64,000 nucleotides of DNA from Candidatus Thorarchaeota archaeon (lineage in GTDB: Archaea; Asgardarchaeota; Thorarchaeia; Thorarchaeales; Thorarchaeaceae): positions 1,678-65,677 of the forward strand of contig SOKL01000197.1 of NCBI GenBank assembly GCA_004376265.1. Reading direction: 5' to 3'. The position numbers and the translations under genes were made by a program. The notes under the pieces were generated by a model. It made no database searches. It worked only from the letters and a program-made list of their open reading frames with translations, and was not told the DNA's origin. The stretch's first letter is position 1. Each line of letters starts with the position of its first letter. This document shows, in pieces, positions 25,284 to 34,783 of the stretch.

Positions 25284-27103
25284 AGAACGGTTACAGATTT
25301 TGCAAGGTTGCGAGGTTTGTCAGGGTCATAACCCTTTCTTAATGCCATATAATAACTGAACAACTGCAAGGGAACTACATATGGCATTATTGAAAACTCA
25401 GGTTCCACATCACTAGGGATTGTGAATGTATGGTCGGCTATACTTGACATATCATTATCATTCTTCTGAATCACTGATATGATAGTCGCTCCTCTTGCTT
25501 TCATTTCCATGATATTTCCAATTATTCTTTTTCTAGTATCATCATTTGGAGCGACGAATATGACCGGATATCCATCCTGAACAAGTGCTATAGGTCCATG
25601 TTTCGACTCTCCAGCAGAATACGCCTCAGCATGATTGTATGCAATCTCTTTGAGCTTGAGCGCACCTTCCTCAGCGGTGGCCATCGAAATTCCTCGACCC
25701 AAGAAGAGAAGACTTGGCTTGTCGTAGAAGAGAGAAGCCAGTCTCCTTGCCTTTTCTTCATTCCGTGAAATCACATTCGAAACCAATTCAGGCATTTTCT
25801 GCAAAGATTCAAGTTTTCCTTGAATGGTTGCAGTATCCTTGAATCCTGTCAATTCACTCAATGCCAAGGCAATCAAAGCTAGTGAAGTTAGCTGGACCAT
25901 GAAGGTCTTTGTTGCGGCGACTCCAATCTCAGGTCCTGCTTGGGTAATCACAGTGTGATCTGCTAACCGAGTGATTGAGCTTCCTACAACATTCGTAATT
26001 GCTACAATTTTTGTACTAAATTCTTTAGCAAATTTGACTGCACTTATTGTATCTGTTGTTTCGCCAGATTGCGTAATAGCAATTATACAATCCTTGTCTG
26101 ACAAAGCGTCATAAACAGTGTCTGAGAAATCACTTGCCAACTCAAAGGATGGGAGTATACCAGCAAGTGATGCAAACATATGTCGTCCAGCTATTGCAGC
26201 ATGACCAGAAGTGCCCATTGCTATTATGTACACTCTCTCAGATGATTTGATTATCTCGGCGGCTTCTTTGATAGTTTCTGGACGAAGTCTGAGTGTGTTT
26301 CGAATTGCTTCAGGTTGTTCATGAATCTCTTTCAACATGAAATGCGGATACCCACTCTTTTGTGCCTGATCTGCAGTCCAACTTATCTTGATAGTATCAC
26401 GTTCTACTGATGATCCATCAGAGAGTTTCTCTATTCTTATTTCGTCTGTAGTCAGACTTGCTATCTCACCATCTAAAAGTAGAATCATGTCATTAGTCAT
26501 AGGAAGAAAAGCAGGAATATCCGAAGACACATATGAAACCCCAGATTTTGTACCAATGACAAGAGGGTTGCCATCGCGTGTACATACTATCTTTCCATTA
26601 TCTTTTGTCGACATTGCTACAATTGCATAGGTTCCTTCTATTCTCTTAGAAACTTCCTTCAGTGCTTCAGCTAGACTAAGTCCTTCTTTCATATAATCCT
26701 CAAGCATATGTGGAATTACCTCAGTATCGGTTTCGGAGTTTAATTTGTGACCTTTCTTACTAAGCTCTAATCGGAGTTCCATAAAATTGTCTATGACACC
26801 ATTATGAACAACAGCAATCTCGTTATGACAATCAAAGTGCGGATGAGAGTTCAACATAGAAGGAGGTCCATGTGTAGCCCATCGTGTGTGACCAATACCC
26901 ATAGATCCAGGCATCTCATCAAGATTTAGTCTTCTGTGCACTTCATCAATTTTTCCTTGATCTTTTTTAACATACAACTTGTTATCCGATATTGTTGTCA
27001 CTCCAACCGAGTCGTAGCCCCGGTATTCAAGGCGTTTCAGTGCTTGATGCAGGAAGGGTGCTACAACACCTCGTTTCTGAACAACACCAATTATTCCACA
27101 CAT
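25280..27103 (-). CDS. glmS: glutamine--fructose-6-phosphate aminotransferase
   Basis: The start is set at the ATG giving MCGIIG (catalytic Cys2). Two SIS domains are present and the C-terminus is ...KPRNLAKSVTV. Confidence 0.9.
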   Translation of the reverse strand: MCGIIGVVQKRGVVAPFLHQALKRLEYRGYDSVGVTTISDNKLYVKKDQGKIDEVHRRLNLDEMPGSMGIGHTRWATHGPPSMLNSHPHFDCHNEIAVVHNGVIDNFMELRLELSKKGHKLNSETDTEVIPHMLEDYMKEGLSLAEALKEVSKRIEGTYAIVAMSTKDNGKIVCTRDGNPLVIGTKSGVSYVSSDIPAFLPMTNDMILLLDGEIASLTTDEIRIEKLSDGSSVERDTIKISWTADQAQKSGYPHFMLKEIHEQPEAIRNTLRLRPETIKEAAEIIKSSERVYIIAMGTSGHAAIAGRHMFASLAGILPSFELASDFSDTVYDALSDKDCIIAITQSGETTDTISAVKFAKEFSTKIVAITNVVGSSITRLADHTVITQAGPEIGVAATKTFMVQLTSLALIALALSELTGFKDTATIQGKLESLQKMPELVSNVISRNEEKARRLASLFYDKPSLLFLGRGISMATAEEGALKLKEIAYNHAEAYSAGESKHGPIALVQDGYPVIFVAPNDDTRKRIIGNIMEMKARGATIISVIQKNDNDMSSIADHTFTIPSDVEPEFSIMPYVVPLQLFSYYMALRKGYDPDKPRNLAKSVTVL

Positions 27104-27172
27104 TTCCATACACCTCAAGAGCTATAGAAGTCCCTAGTAAAATTGCACAAAAAGGGTTTGTATCAGTGAAAA

Positions 27173-27484
27173 TTAACCGGTTAGTTCGATTTCTATGTAC
27201 ACAGAATCAGGAATTCGAACTCGCATTATCTGTCGAATTGCTCTTTCATCAGCATCGATATCAATCAGACGTTTATGAACTCTCATCTCCCACTTGTCCC
27301 AAGACTCAGAACCTTGTCCACAAGGTGTCTTTCGTGTAGGAACAACCATTTTACGAGTGGGAAGGGGAATTGGACCTGCCATTCGGACACCTGTCTTACG
27401 AGTAATCCTCTTAATTTGATTACATACACCGTCTAAGTGTTCGGTGCTTGTGCTTGATAGTCTAATTCTCGCTCTTTGAGTCAT
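27173..27484 (-). CDS. rps10: 30S ribosomal protein S10 (uS10)
   Basis: [15 protein letters not shown]...[14 protein letters not shown]-like [27 protein letters not shown] at 27484 with GAGGAA upstream. Not preceded by tuf. Confidence 0.9.
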   Translation of the reverse strand: MTQRARIRLSSTSTEHLDGVCNQIKRITRKTGVRMAGPIPLPTRKMVVPTRKTPCGQGSESWDKWEMRVHKRLIDIDADERAIRQIMRVRIPDSVYIEIELTG

Positions 27485-27619
27485 CTGGAAGTTCCTCACG
27501 GTAAAGGTGTCCGATGCTTTTCAAATATAAAGTGGATAAAAAGCTTGTCTTGTGGAGGACATAGTGGTGCTTTCCAGAAAAGCAATGTCCATAAGTAAGA
27601 CTCACGATTGGGTTTTTGA

Positions 27620-28423
27620 GTGATGGAAGTGGAGCGCACTATTATTGTGAAACTTGGTGGTTCCGTGATTACTCACAAAGGATCATCACCACCTACGACT
27701 AACGATGAGAATCTTTCTCGGATTGCTAAGGAACTAAAGTCATACAAAGGGGGACTTGTTGTGGTTCTAGGAGGAGGAGCTCATGGACACCAATCAGCCC
27801 ATTCACACGGTTTTGGAAATCCCAACACTCCAAAAGAGCAGCTATTGATGGGAATCCCACATATCCGTCATAATATGTCAATCTTAGCACTCAAGGTCGA
27901 ATCAGAGTTAAATAATGAAGGAATCCCCACAATTGTGATTCCACCTTTTACTATTGTAACACTCCGAAACAAATCGATTCAAGACTTTTCAATAACAACA
28001 ATGAAGAAAGCACTAGAGAATGGGTGCGCTGTGGTGATCCATGGGGATGTATGTTTCGATGAAGAAAGAGGTGCATCAATTCTAAGTGGTGACACAATAG
28101 CAGTATTTCTGGCCAGACAGCTCGATGTAAAATCAATATACATAGGCACTGATGTTGATGGGGTTTTAGATGACAATCCAAAACTGAATCCGTCTGCAAA
28201 ACACATTCCCGTAATAGACCATAACAACAAGGAAGATGTCCTCACCAAGACTGGTCCTTCTATGAACACCGACGTCACAGGTGGTATGTCTAAGAAGGTC
28301 AATGAGCTCCTTGAACTTGCGAAACAGGACCTTGATATCATTATCTTCAATTTGACTGTTCCAGGTCGTCTGACTTCATTATTATTGGGGGAGTCTACCA
28401 TTTGTACAAGAATTATGCCTTAG
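27620..28423 (+). CDS. isopentenyl phosphate kinase (amino-acid-kinase fold)
   Basis: IIVKLGGSVITHK and VVLGGGAHGH motifs. GTG at 27620 or ATG at 27623. Confidence 0.7.
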   Translation: MMEVERTIIVKLGGSVITHKGSSPPTTNDENLSRIAKELKSYKGGLVVVLGGGAHGHQSAHSHGFGNPNTPKEQLLMGIPHIRHNMSILALKVESELNNEGIPTIVIPPFTIVTLRNKSIQDFSITTMKKALENGCAVVIHGDVCFDEERGASILSGDTIAVFLARQLDVKSIYIGTDVDGVLDDNPKLNPSAKHIPVIDHNNKEDVLTKTGPSMNTDVTGGMSKKVNELLELAKQDLDIIIFNLTVPGRLTSLLLGESTICTRIMP

Positions 28424-28424
28424 T

Positions 28425-31400
28425 CTAGGTTATCAAAGCAGAAACCTCGTCATCCATTGTTCTAACAATCAAGTTGCTTGGAGTAATGACACTTTCTTCA
28501 AGATACTCGGATGCTGTCAAAACACAGACAACCTTGGTTGATTTACATATCCTACAAGCCACATCACTATGAAGATGAAGTAGAGTATTTAGCTGCTGCT
28601 GATTTGGGAATATTACGTAGGACGCCCCACTGACACAGAGGTCATAATAACCATGACTTCGGTATATTTTTTTATTATGTTTCTTGAGCGCTATTTCTAT
28701 TACACTCACAGCATTCTCCTTCAGACTTTGTAAGACTGAAGAATTGACTAACCAGAGACCATCATCAAGTTCTACAAACTGTGAAGCTCTCTCAATCCGG
28801 AGAGCAATCAAAACCTCATCAGCCAACAGCTCAGTTAGCGCTCGTTTGCCCTCTTCAATATTCAAGGAGGCCGCTCTGCCTTTGCGAGACTGCAACGCGG
28901 TGGTTTCAATAAATTCTAACAAATCTTCCCATTTGACTTGTCCATTGGAGATATCAACCAAATCCTGAATCAGACCAAACCACAGTCTAATCTGAATAGC
29001 ACGATTTGTAGCTGAACCAACTTCATGCATTGCTCCAATTAGGTCTACTTGCTCTGGAAACTCAGAGTTTTCAGTTAATTGAGTTTGAACTTTAGAATCA
29101 GCTACACTACTCAGACTTTCAATAACAGAATCAAGAGACTTTGGAAATGCAGAAACGACACAGACATCATTAAACTCTTCAGAGGAATCCATCAACTCTC
29201 TTAATTTTGCTGCAGCGATACTTCCTCTGACAACTACAAATAATTCTCTGACACCATTTTGTAATCTGTTCATCTGATCCCTTATCTTATCTAAAATTGA
29301 CCCCATTGACGATGCTCGTAGATGTTCGGGTATGATTACTATCGCCTTGTCTTCTAAGACAATATCTGGAAACTCAGGAACATCCGATGATGAAACAACA
29401 CATTCCATTGCTAGCTTGTCATATATGTACTCAATAATAACACATCTGACTGCATCTAATGCTTTTCCTGGAAGAGTGAATACAAATCCTCCAGGAACAA
29501 GTGCCAAAGCTTCTCTATCTACGGAACCTAATGAAACGAGATTTCGAATCACCTCTGATATATCATCATCCACATTTCTGGGATCCAATGTTGATAGAAG
29601 ATTTCGAATCTCTTCCTCTGTCGACCACCTTTCTGCGGCCAAAAAAGCTACTACATGACTTCCCAATCTATCTATCCTGTTGAACACAAGTGTTTGAGCC
29701 TCAGGTGTTTGGATTGGTTCAGAATCCTCTGACTCGATGTTATCTGTAAGAATAGTATCTGGCTTATCCTCATTCGAAATAGAATCATCAATTTGAGGTA
29801 CTGGTACACGAACTGGCTGTGATTCAACATCAATGGAGTCTAGAAACGGTTTTGTAGCAATCTCAAAGGTTTCAGTATGTGGAATGCTCATCAATGCTCT
29901 ACCACGTTTCAGAACCCGTAGATAGCGTTCCTGTTCTTCATTTAATGATAGAAACCTTCCACCAATCTGGCTGTCATAAGGTAATCGGAATACAACTTTT
30001 GTAGAAGTGTTTGCTAAGATATTTGAGGAAATATTAGGGCGTGTTGATACTACAATGACACCCTGCCCAGTTGCTCGCTGCAACATTACCATGGATTCAC
30101 CAGTTGTTACATCTGCAGCTGAATGCCTTGTGTAACTTTCAGGTACAAGATTACTTGCTTCTTCTAGAACTACTACATGATGCAGACCTTCTGATATTCC
30201 TCGTTTCATAGAACTATCAAAGATGCGTTTAGCCACAAGATTGTAAAATAATCGGGCTGCATCCATCCCTCCAGTTCTTGCAATATAACTCAAATCAAGG
30301 ATAACACGTCTATCAAGAAGAGCCGAAATCCCGATAGCCTTTGGACCTCCTTTTAGTATGGACCCCAGAGGTTCCCGAGTCAAGATTTCAAGACGATTAA
30401 GAAGTGCATCTCGAGTCATATTTCCAATTCGGTCTTTATTCGCAAGATCTGAAATAGCATCAGTTAGGGCCTGCACAGAGTTATTATCCAATGACTCAAC
30501 AACTTGTATCACAGATTCCCTGAGCAGCTTTTCCATTGCTGGAGAAAGTTCTGAGGAATCACCTCGTTCATTCAGGAGTTCTCTCAAAATAATAAAGGTA
30601 GAATGAGCACAGTTTTTATCACCCTTCATTTCAGGATCAATGAGATTAATAGTAAATGAAGTGTCAGCACCCGGTTTGAGAACCAACACGTCGGAATCAT
30701 CATTCCTGACAAGTCCAAGATACTCTGAACCTTTTATATCAAATATCCACCAAGGAACACTTGTATTCTCACTTAATTGAGCCATGAGGTGCTTAACGAG
30801 TGTAGTTTTACCTGTCCCAGTGGCTCCTAAGACTGCAACATGTTCTCTCAACCAATCGACTTTCAAACCAACGCTGGACAATCGACGACCACCAAAGACT
30901 GTTTCCGCGATAACTAAATCATTATCCGTTAACTCCTTAGTAGGCACGGGAAACACCGGAGCTTTTGTTGGAGTGATAATTGGAAGCTGTTGAATTGGAG
31001 TATTGACAAAAGATGTTAGTTTAGTAATATGCATACTTTGGTGTTGCAAGTGCCTTCTAGTAAGCAATCTATATGCTGTGCGTTTCACAATCTTCTTGGT
31101 ATTCAATTTGATGAAATCACTTCCACCCCAAATGGAATATACGAGCCCAATAATTCCATCCAAATCATCCCCAATTCTTTCATCAGAGAGAGATTTAATC
31201 ATAAAATACACGGTGGTGTCAAACCAACCTATTGAATCTTGAATCTCTTCATATCGAGTAAGAAGTTTCTTCTTAGCTGCATAATCTTGCAGTGACTCCT
31301 CTTTTCTTCTCTCTTTTGCCTGAATGTTCTTCCATTGACCTTCAAGTGTCCGTTTTTCTTTACCAGGTTTTGCTGTTGAAAAAACACAAGTCATACTTGT

Positions 31401-32258
31401 ATTGTATCTTTGTCTAAGTGCTGTAGAGATAAAAGTTCCAACTTGAGATGCGTCTAGCGATGGAGATGTTCGGGGTGTTCCTTGCAACACAATCAATGCA
31501 GAAGACCCAATGTTCCTCGTAGGGCTCAGTTTACCAATATCGATTATTCCATTGATATGACTAAGAGCCACCTCCTGCAAGTTTTCATCATCGAGCAGAT
31601 TGAGTTCTACATTGTTCAAGGATGCAAGTAGAATTGCTTCAGTTCTAGTTGCTTCTCTTCTGAGAATCTCTTGGATTTGTCCAACATCTTGTCCCGTCGT
31701 AGTAATGAAGATACGGAGATAAGGTTCCCCTTCAGATACACCTGCTTCAAAAGCCATACTTACTGATTTAGTCATTCCTGCACGCATTGCTAGTAGCATA
31801 CTTTCGTTATACTTTGGTTTACCATCCTCATCAAGATATACAGATCCTGATACAGAAACGATGTCTAAACAACAGGTCCCAATCACATAATCATCCAACT
31901 GAACCAATAACACATTATTCTCTACAGAAACAACAGGTTTTTGGAACTGTATTTTCTGAATCGATAGTAGAGAACCTGCAAGGATGGGTATTACACAAAT
32001 TATCACTTCGATGAACATCTTCTGAGGTATCTGAGGTTGTGTGGTTAATCCAACTAGAGGTAGCAGATATACGAATAGTAAATAGATTCCAGCAATAATG
32101 ATTCCACTCATCCAACTCGTCCTTATCCAGAACCAAGTGTTACTTTGTTGTGAATAAGAAACTGGTTTTGTTTCATCTGCACACGGCAAGCTGAATGATT
32201 CCTCCTTGTCTGAGAGTAAGTGCCTCTGGAACCAAACCATGGTACTAGAGCTAAGCAT
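28425..32258 (-). CDS. giant membrane-anchored FtsK/HerA/VirD4-superfamily ATPase with ~480-aa uncharacterised C-terminal extension
   Basis: Two N-terminal TM helices (WMSGIIIAGIYLLFVYLLPLVGL, FIEVIICVIPILAGSLLSI). Walker A VAVLGATGTGKTTLV followed by IFDIKGSEY, Walker B HHVVVLEEASNL, and GVIVVSTRPNISSNILANTSTKVVFRL. The C-terminal part has winged-helix-like segments. Confidence 0.65.
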   Translation of the reverse strand: MLSSSTMVWFQRHLLSDKEESFSLPCADETKPVSYSQQSNTWFWIRTSWMSGIIIAGIYLLFVYLLPLVGLTTQPQIPQKMFIEVIICVIPILAGSLLSIQKIQFQKPVVSVENNVLLVQLDDYVIGTCCLDIVSVSGSVYLDEDGKPKYNESMLLAMRAGMTKSVSMAFEAGVSEGEPYLRIFITTTGQDVGQIQEILRREATRTEAILLASLNNVELNLLDDENLQEVALSHINGIIDIGKLSPTRNIGSSALIVLQGTPRTSPSLDASQVGTFISTALRQRYNTSMTCVFSTAKPGKEKRTLEGQWKNIQAKERRKEESLQDYAAKKKLLTRYEEIQDSIGWFDTTVYFMIKSLSDERIGDDLDGIIGLVYSIWGGSDFIKLNTKKIVKRTAYRLLTRRHLQHQSMHITKLTSFVNTPIQQLPIITPTKAPVFPVPTKELTDNDLVIAETVFGGRRLSSVGLKVDWLREHVAVLGATGTGKTTLVKHLMAQLSENTSVPWWIFDIKGSEYLGLVRNDDSDVLVLKPGADTSFTINLIDPEMKGDKNCAHSTFIILRELLNERGDSSELSPAMEKLLRESVIQVVESLDNNSVQALTDAISDLANKDRIGNMTRDALLNRLEILTREPLGSILKGGPKAIGISALLDRRVILDLSYIARTGGMDAARLFYNLVAKRIFDSSMKRGISEGLHHVVVLEEASNLVPESYTRHSAADVTTGESMVMLQRATGQGVIVVSTRPNISSNILANTSTKVVFRLPYDSQIGGRFLSLNEEQERYLRVLKRGRALMSIPHTETFEIATKPFLDSIDVESQPVRVPVPQIDDSISNEDKPDTILTDNIESEDSEPIQTPEAQTLVFNRIDRLGSHVVAFLAAERWSTEEEIRNLLSTLDPRNVDDDISEVIRNLVSLGSVDREALALVPGGFVFTLPGKALDAVRCVIIEYIYDKLAMECVVSSSDVPEFPDIVLEDKAIVIIPEHLRASSMGSILDKIRDQMNRLQNGVRELFVVVRGSIAAAKLRELMDSSEEFNDVCVVSAFPKSLDSVIESLSSVADSKVQTQLTENSEFPEQVDLIGAMHEVGSATNRAIQIRLWFGLIQDLVDISNGQVKWEDLLEFIETTALQSRKGRAASLNIEEGKRALTELLADEVLIALRIERASQFVELDDGLWLVNSSVLQSLKENAVSVIEIALKKHNKKIYRSHGYYDLCVSGASYVIFPNQQQLNTLLHLHSDVACRICKSTKVVCVLTASEYLEESVITPSNLIVRTMDDEVSALIT

Positions 32259-32352
32259 ATGAACACCCCCAAATTACACAATAGAAATCTGTACATTGTA
32301 GGAGAATAAAAACCCAAAATCAGACTGATTAGCTGAGTTTATCCCTAGGGGG

Positions 32353-34323
32353 GTGTCCGGTATCAAGAAGTCTTACTGGTTTCCAGCTATACTTGCGATT
32401 TTCATCTCATTTTCCTTAGTCACATTCAGTTCGGATAACGTGACAGCTGAAGATGAAATTCAGGTAATCCGTGGTAGCACAATATCAATAACAATAACAA
32501 TACTTCAGAACGGTAGCTATGGAACTCCTGTCCAAAATCAGCCAATCTATTACTTTGATCAGACAGCTAATCTACTACTTGGTTTTGCTGTATCTAATCA
32601 GGATGGCATTTGCTCACTTGATTGGAAAATACCATTAAGCCAAACCCTTGGACTAGTTACCATTAATGCAACATTCTATGGTAACGAATCTCTTTCATTA
32701 TCACCCTCATATCAACGTGTATCCCTTTTGGTGCTTTCACAAACTAGTATAGAAGTTGACCAGATGCCTGGAATACTTGCTCCAGGAGACTTGTTATCTT
32801 TCAATGCCCATTTAGTGGATGATTCAAATATTTCAATCCGAAATGCTACACTTACAGTTTTCAAGGACTCAATACCCCTTACAACCGTAATTACAAATAC
32901 CTCAGGTTATGCACTTTTTGAGATTGAATGTAATAACACATGGATTTCACTTGGTGGAAACAATATTCGTATCTTATACAACCAAAATCTATTCAATTTT
33001 CTAAATGGTACTGAGTTTACATTCAATGTAGAAATAGCGCAAATTTCCACATTTCTAAATTTTGACTCACCATATCCGAACGAGATAGAGCTCAGTGCTG
33101 TTGTCGACTTGTACATGACATTATCCGAAGGAAATACTACTCTTCCCGGTGAAATCCTCGAAGTTACACTTGATGAATATCATCTAAGTTTCATTATCTC
33201 AAATAGTTCAGGAAAAGCTAATTTCTACACGACTATTGATGAGAGATTTTCACTGGGTACACATTCTTTGAAGATACACTATAACGGTACAGATCGATAC
33301 TTTGAATCCACACTAGAGGCAATTGTTACTATAACCAGTCCAGTAACAATAACAGTAGAGGTCCCCGAATTTGCTGAAATTGGTTCGAACTTACCTGTTC
33401 AGATTACAATAACTGATCTATTGAATAGATATATTCCAAACTCCACTTTTTCGCTATATGATATGACCTCTGATCAGAATTTTTCGGGCTTCATTGAGGA
33501 TACAATTATTGATTTTCAATATAGTCTTCAAGGACCCGCAGGAACGCATACTCTCGCCATTGAAATCCGTGAGAACCTATTCATCTCCGAAAACAGATTT
33601 ACCATGAACTTTACTGCTTGGTCCCGTCCTGAAATCATACTTATTAATACTGGAGTAAATCATTATGCTTCCCCAAACCAAGAACTCACTTTTGAGGTCA
33701 GGATGATAGATTGGATTGGAAACTGTTCATTAAGAGATCTCCAGCTACTTATCGATAACGAAAGCTATACTTCAGGTACCACAGATGATAAAGGACTCGC
33801 AATCTTCTTTTTTTCATCACCTGTAAATGAAGCACTATACAACATATCAATAATCTATAATGGAAACAGTAGTAAATACGAACTTGCGACTAAGCATGAT
33901 TACAATCTTTTTGTCACTACATTTATGCCAATAATAATCGAACTGGATTCGTATGAAATAGTTGCACCACTACATGAACTAGCAGTGCAGCTTACGGTGA
34001 GAGGTCTAAATGGTTCGCGACTAAATGGAGTAATTGTGAACTTAGAATGGCTTTCTTTTGATTCAACCACCGAGAGTTCCAAAGGAGGGCTCATTCTCCT
34101 TCATCTCACAATTCCAACTGTAGGTGGCAATTACACACTATACTTTGAGTCAGAACCAACACGTTTCATAGATTCTTCAAGTGGTTCAATATTGATAGAA
34201 ATAACATCGAATGATATTATGTCAATAGAAGGTGTTGGTATCACAGGTATGATTTTCGCTTTAGTAGCATCAATTGGAATTGTATCAATTCCAATAATCA
34301 GGCGTCGAAATCTGTTAGGGTGA
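32353..34323 (+). CDS. surface-exposed beta-rich repeat protein, N-terminal signal/anchor and C-terminal TM anchor, many N-x-S/T sequons
   Basis: GTG start. Signal-like WFPAILAIFISFSLVTFSS. Repeated Ig-like-looking segments and more than 15 N-x-S/T sequons. The C-terminal helix GITGMIFALVASIGIVSIPII is followed by RRRN. Confidence 0.6.
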   Translation: MSGIKKSYWFPAILAIFISFSLVTFSSDNVTAEDEIQVIRGSTISITITILQNGSYGTPVQNQPIYYFDQTANLLLGFAVSNQDGICSLDWKIPLSQTLGLVTINATFYGNESLSLSPSYQRVSLLVLSQTSIEVDQMPGILAPGDLLSFNAHLVDDSNISIRNATLTVFKDSIPLTTVITNTSGYALFEIECNNTWISLGGNNIRILYNQNLFNFLNGTEFTFNVEIAQISTFLNFDSPYPNEIELSAVVDLYMTLSEGNTTLPGEILEVTLDEYHLSFIISNSSGKANFYTTIDERFSLGTHSLKIHYNGTDRYFESTLEAIVTITSPVTITVEVPEFAEIGSNLPVQITITDLLNRYIPNSTFSLYDMTSDQNFSGFIEDTIIDFQYSLQGPAGTHTLAIEIRENLFISENRFTMNFTAWSRPEIILINTGVNHYASPNQELTFEVRMIDWIGNCSLRDLQLLIDNESYTSGTTDDKGLAIFFFSSPVNEALYNISIIYNGNSSKYELATKHDYNLFVTTFMPIIIELDSYEIVAPLHELAVQLTVRGLNGSRLNGVIVNLEWLSFDSTTESSKGGLILLHLTIPTVGGNYTLYFESEPTRFIDSSSGSILIEITSNDIMSIEGVGITGMIFALVASIGIVSIPIIRRRNLLG

Positions 34324-34330
34324 AAAGAAG

Positions 34331-34439
34331 TGGTGCTCCGGCCGGGATTCGAACCCGGGTCGAGGGGTCGAGAACCCCCCATGCTGGGCCGGACTACATT
34401 CGGTACTGCTGTAGGATTTCTACAACGTTCTACCGGAGC
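34331..34439 (-). tRNA. tRNA-Glu (anticodon CUC) with about 31-nt intron near position 9/10 (non-canonical), CCA encoded
   Basis: Reverse strand reads GCTCCGG-TA-[GAACGTTGTAGAAATCCTACAGCAGTACCGA]-ATGT-AGTCCGGCCCA-GCAT-G-GGGGG-TTCTCGA-CCCCT-CGAC-CCGGG-TTCGAAT-CCCGG-CCGGAGC-A-CCA. Confidence 0.75.
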
Positions 34440-34525
34440 CTGGAATGGTATGCCAGTCCGGAGCGCGAGAGCTCTGTCCAGAGCTTCACAAATAAGCCTT
34501 TCCCCAATAAGAGAATCAGTTTCTA

Positions 34526-34735
34526 TTATGGTGTACCAAATAACTGAGTTATGCCATTCCAACTATCCTGTAATAGCTGAAGTAATCCTTCTATGACATC
34601 TTGTGCCCACCCTGTGGCTTGGAGAATGACTGCAATTACAATAGAAACTGTTACTACAGCAAGACCAAGGAGAAGACTTTCTTCTACTAATGGTCCACCT
34701 TTTTCATTTCGAATCAAACCTGCATCCTCTGTCAT
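34526..34735 (-). CDS. small single-TM protein with Flp/type-IV-pilin-like N-terminus
   Basis: MTEDAGLIRNEKG-GPLVEESLLLGLAVVTVSIVIAVIL. A charged leader ends in G. A Glu at +5 and a hydrophobic helix follow, as in the G/xxxxE(Y/E) motif of Flp prepilins. It lies 48 nt downstream of the secretion ATPase. Confidence 0.5.
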   Translation of the reverse strand: MTEDAGLIRNEKGGPLVEESLLLGLAVVTVSIVIAVILQATGWAQDVIEGLLQLLQDSWNGITQLFGTP

Positions 34736-34783
34736 AGAGTTCTGTTTGCTTTCAACCTTTTAAAGCCCCCAAACGAATCAGGT

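Noticed and set aside
34456-34464. Second copy of the tRNA-Glu acceptor 5' strand (GCTCCGG on the minus strand) 18 nt upstream of the gene, considered as an att-site remnant or an extra exon
   Set aside because: Only 7 nt are duplicated. The downstream copy gives a complete cloverleaf with U8/A9, and no integrase or second repeat partner is present.
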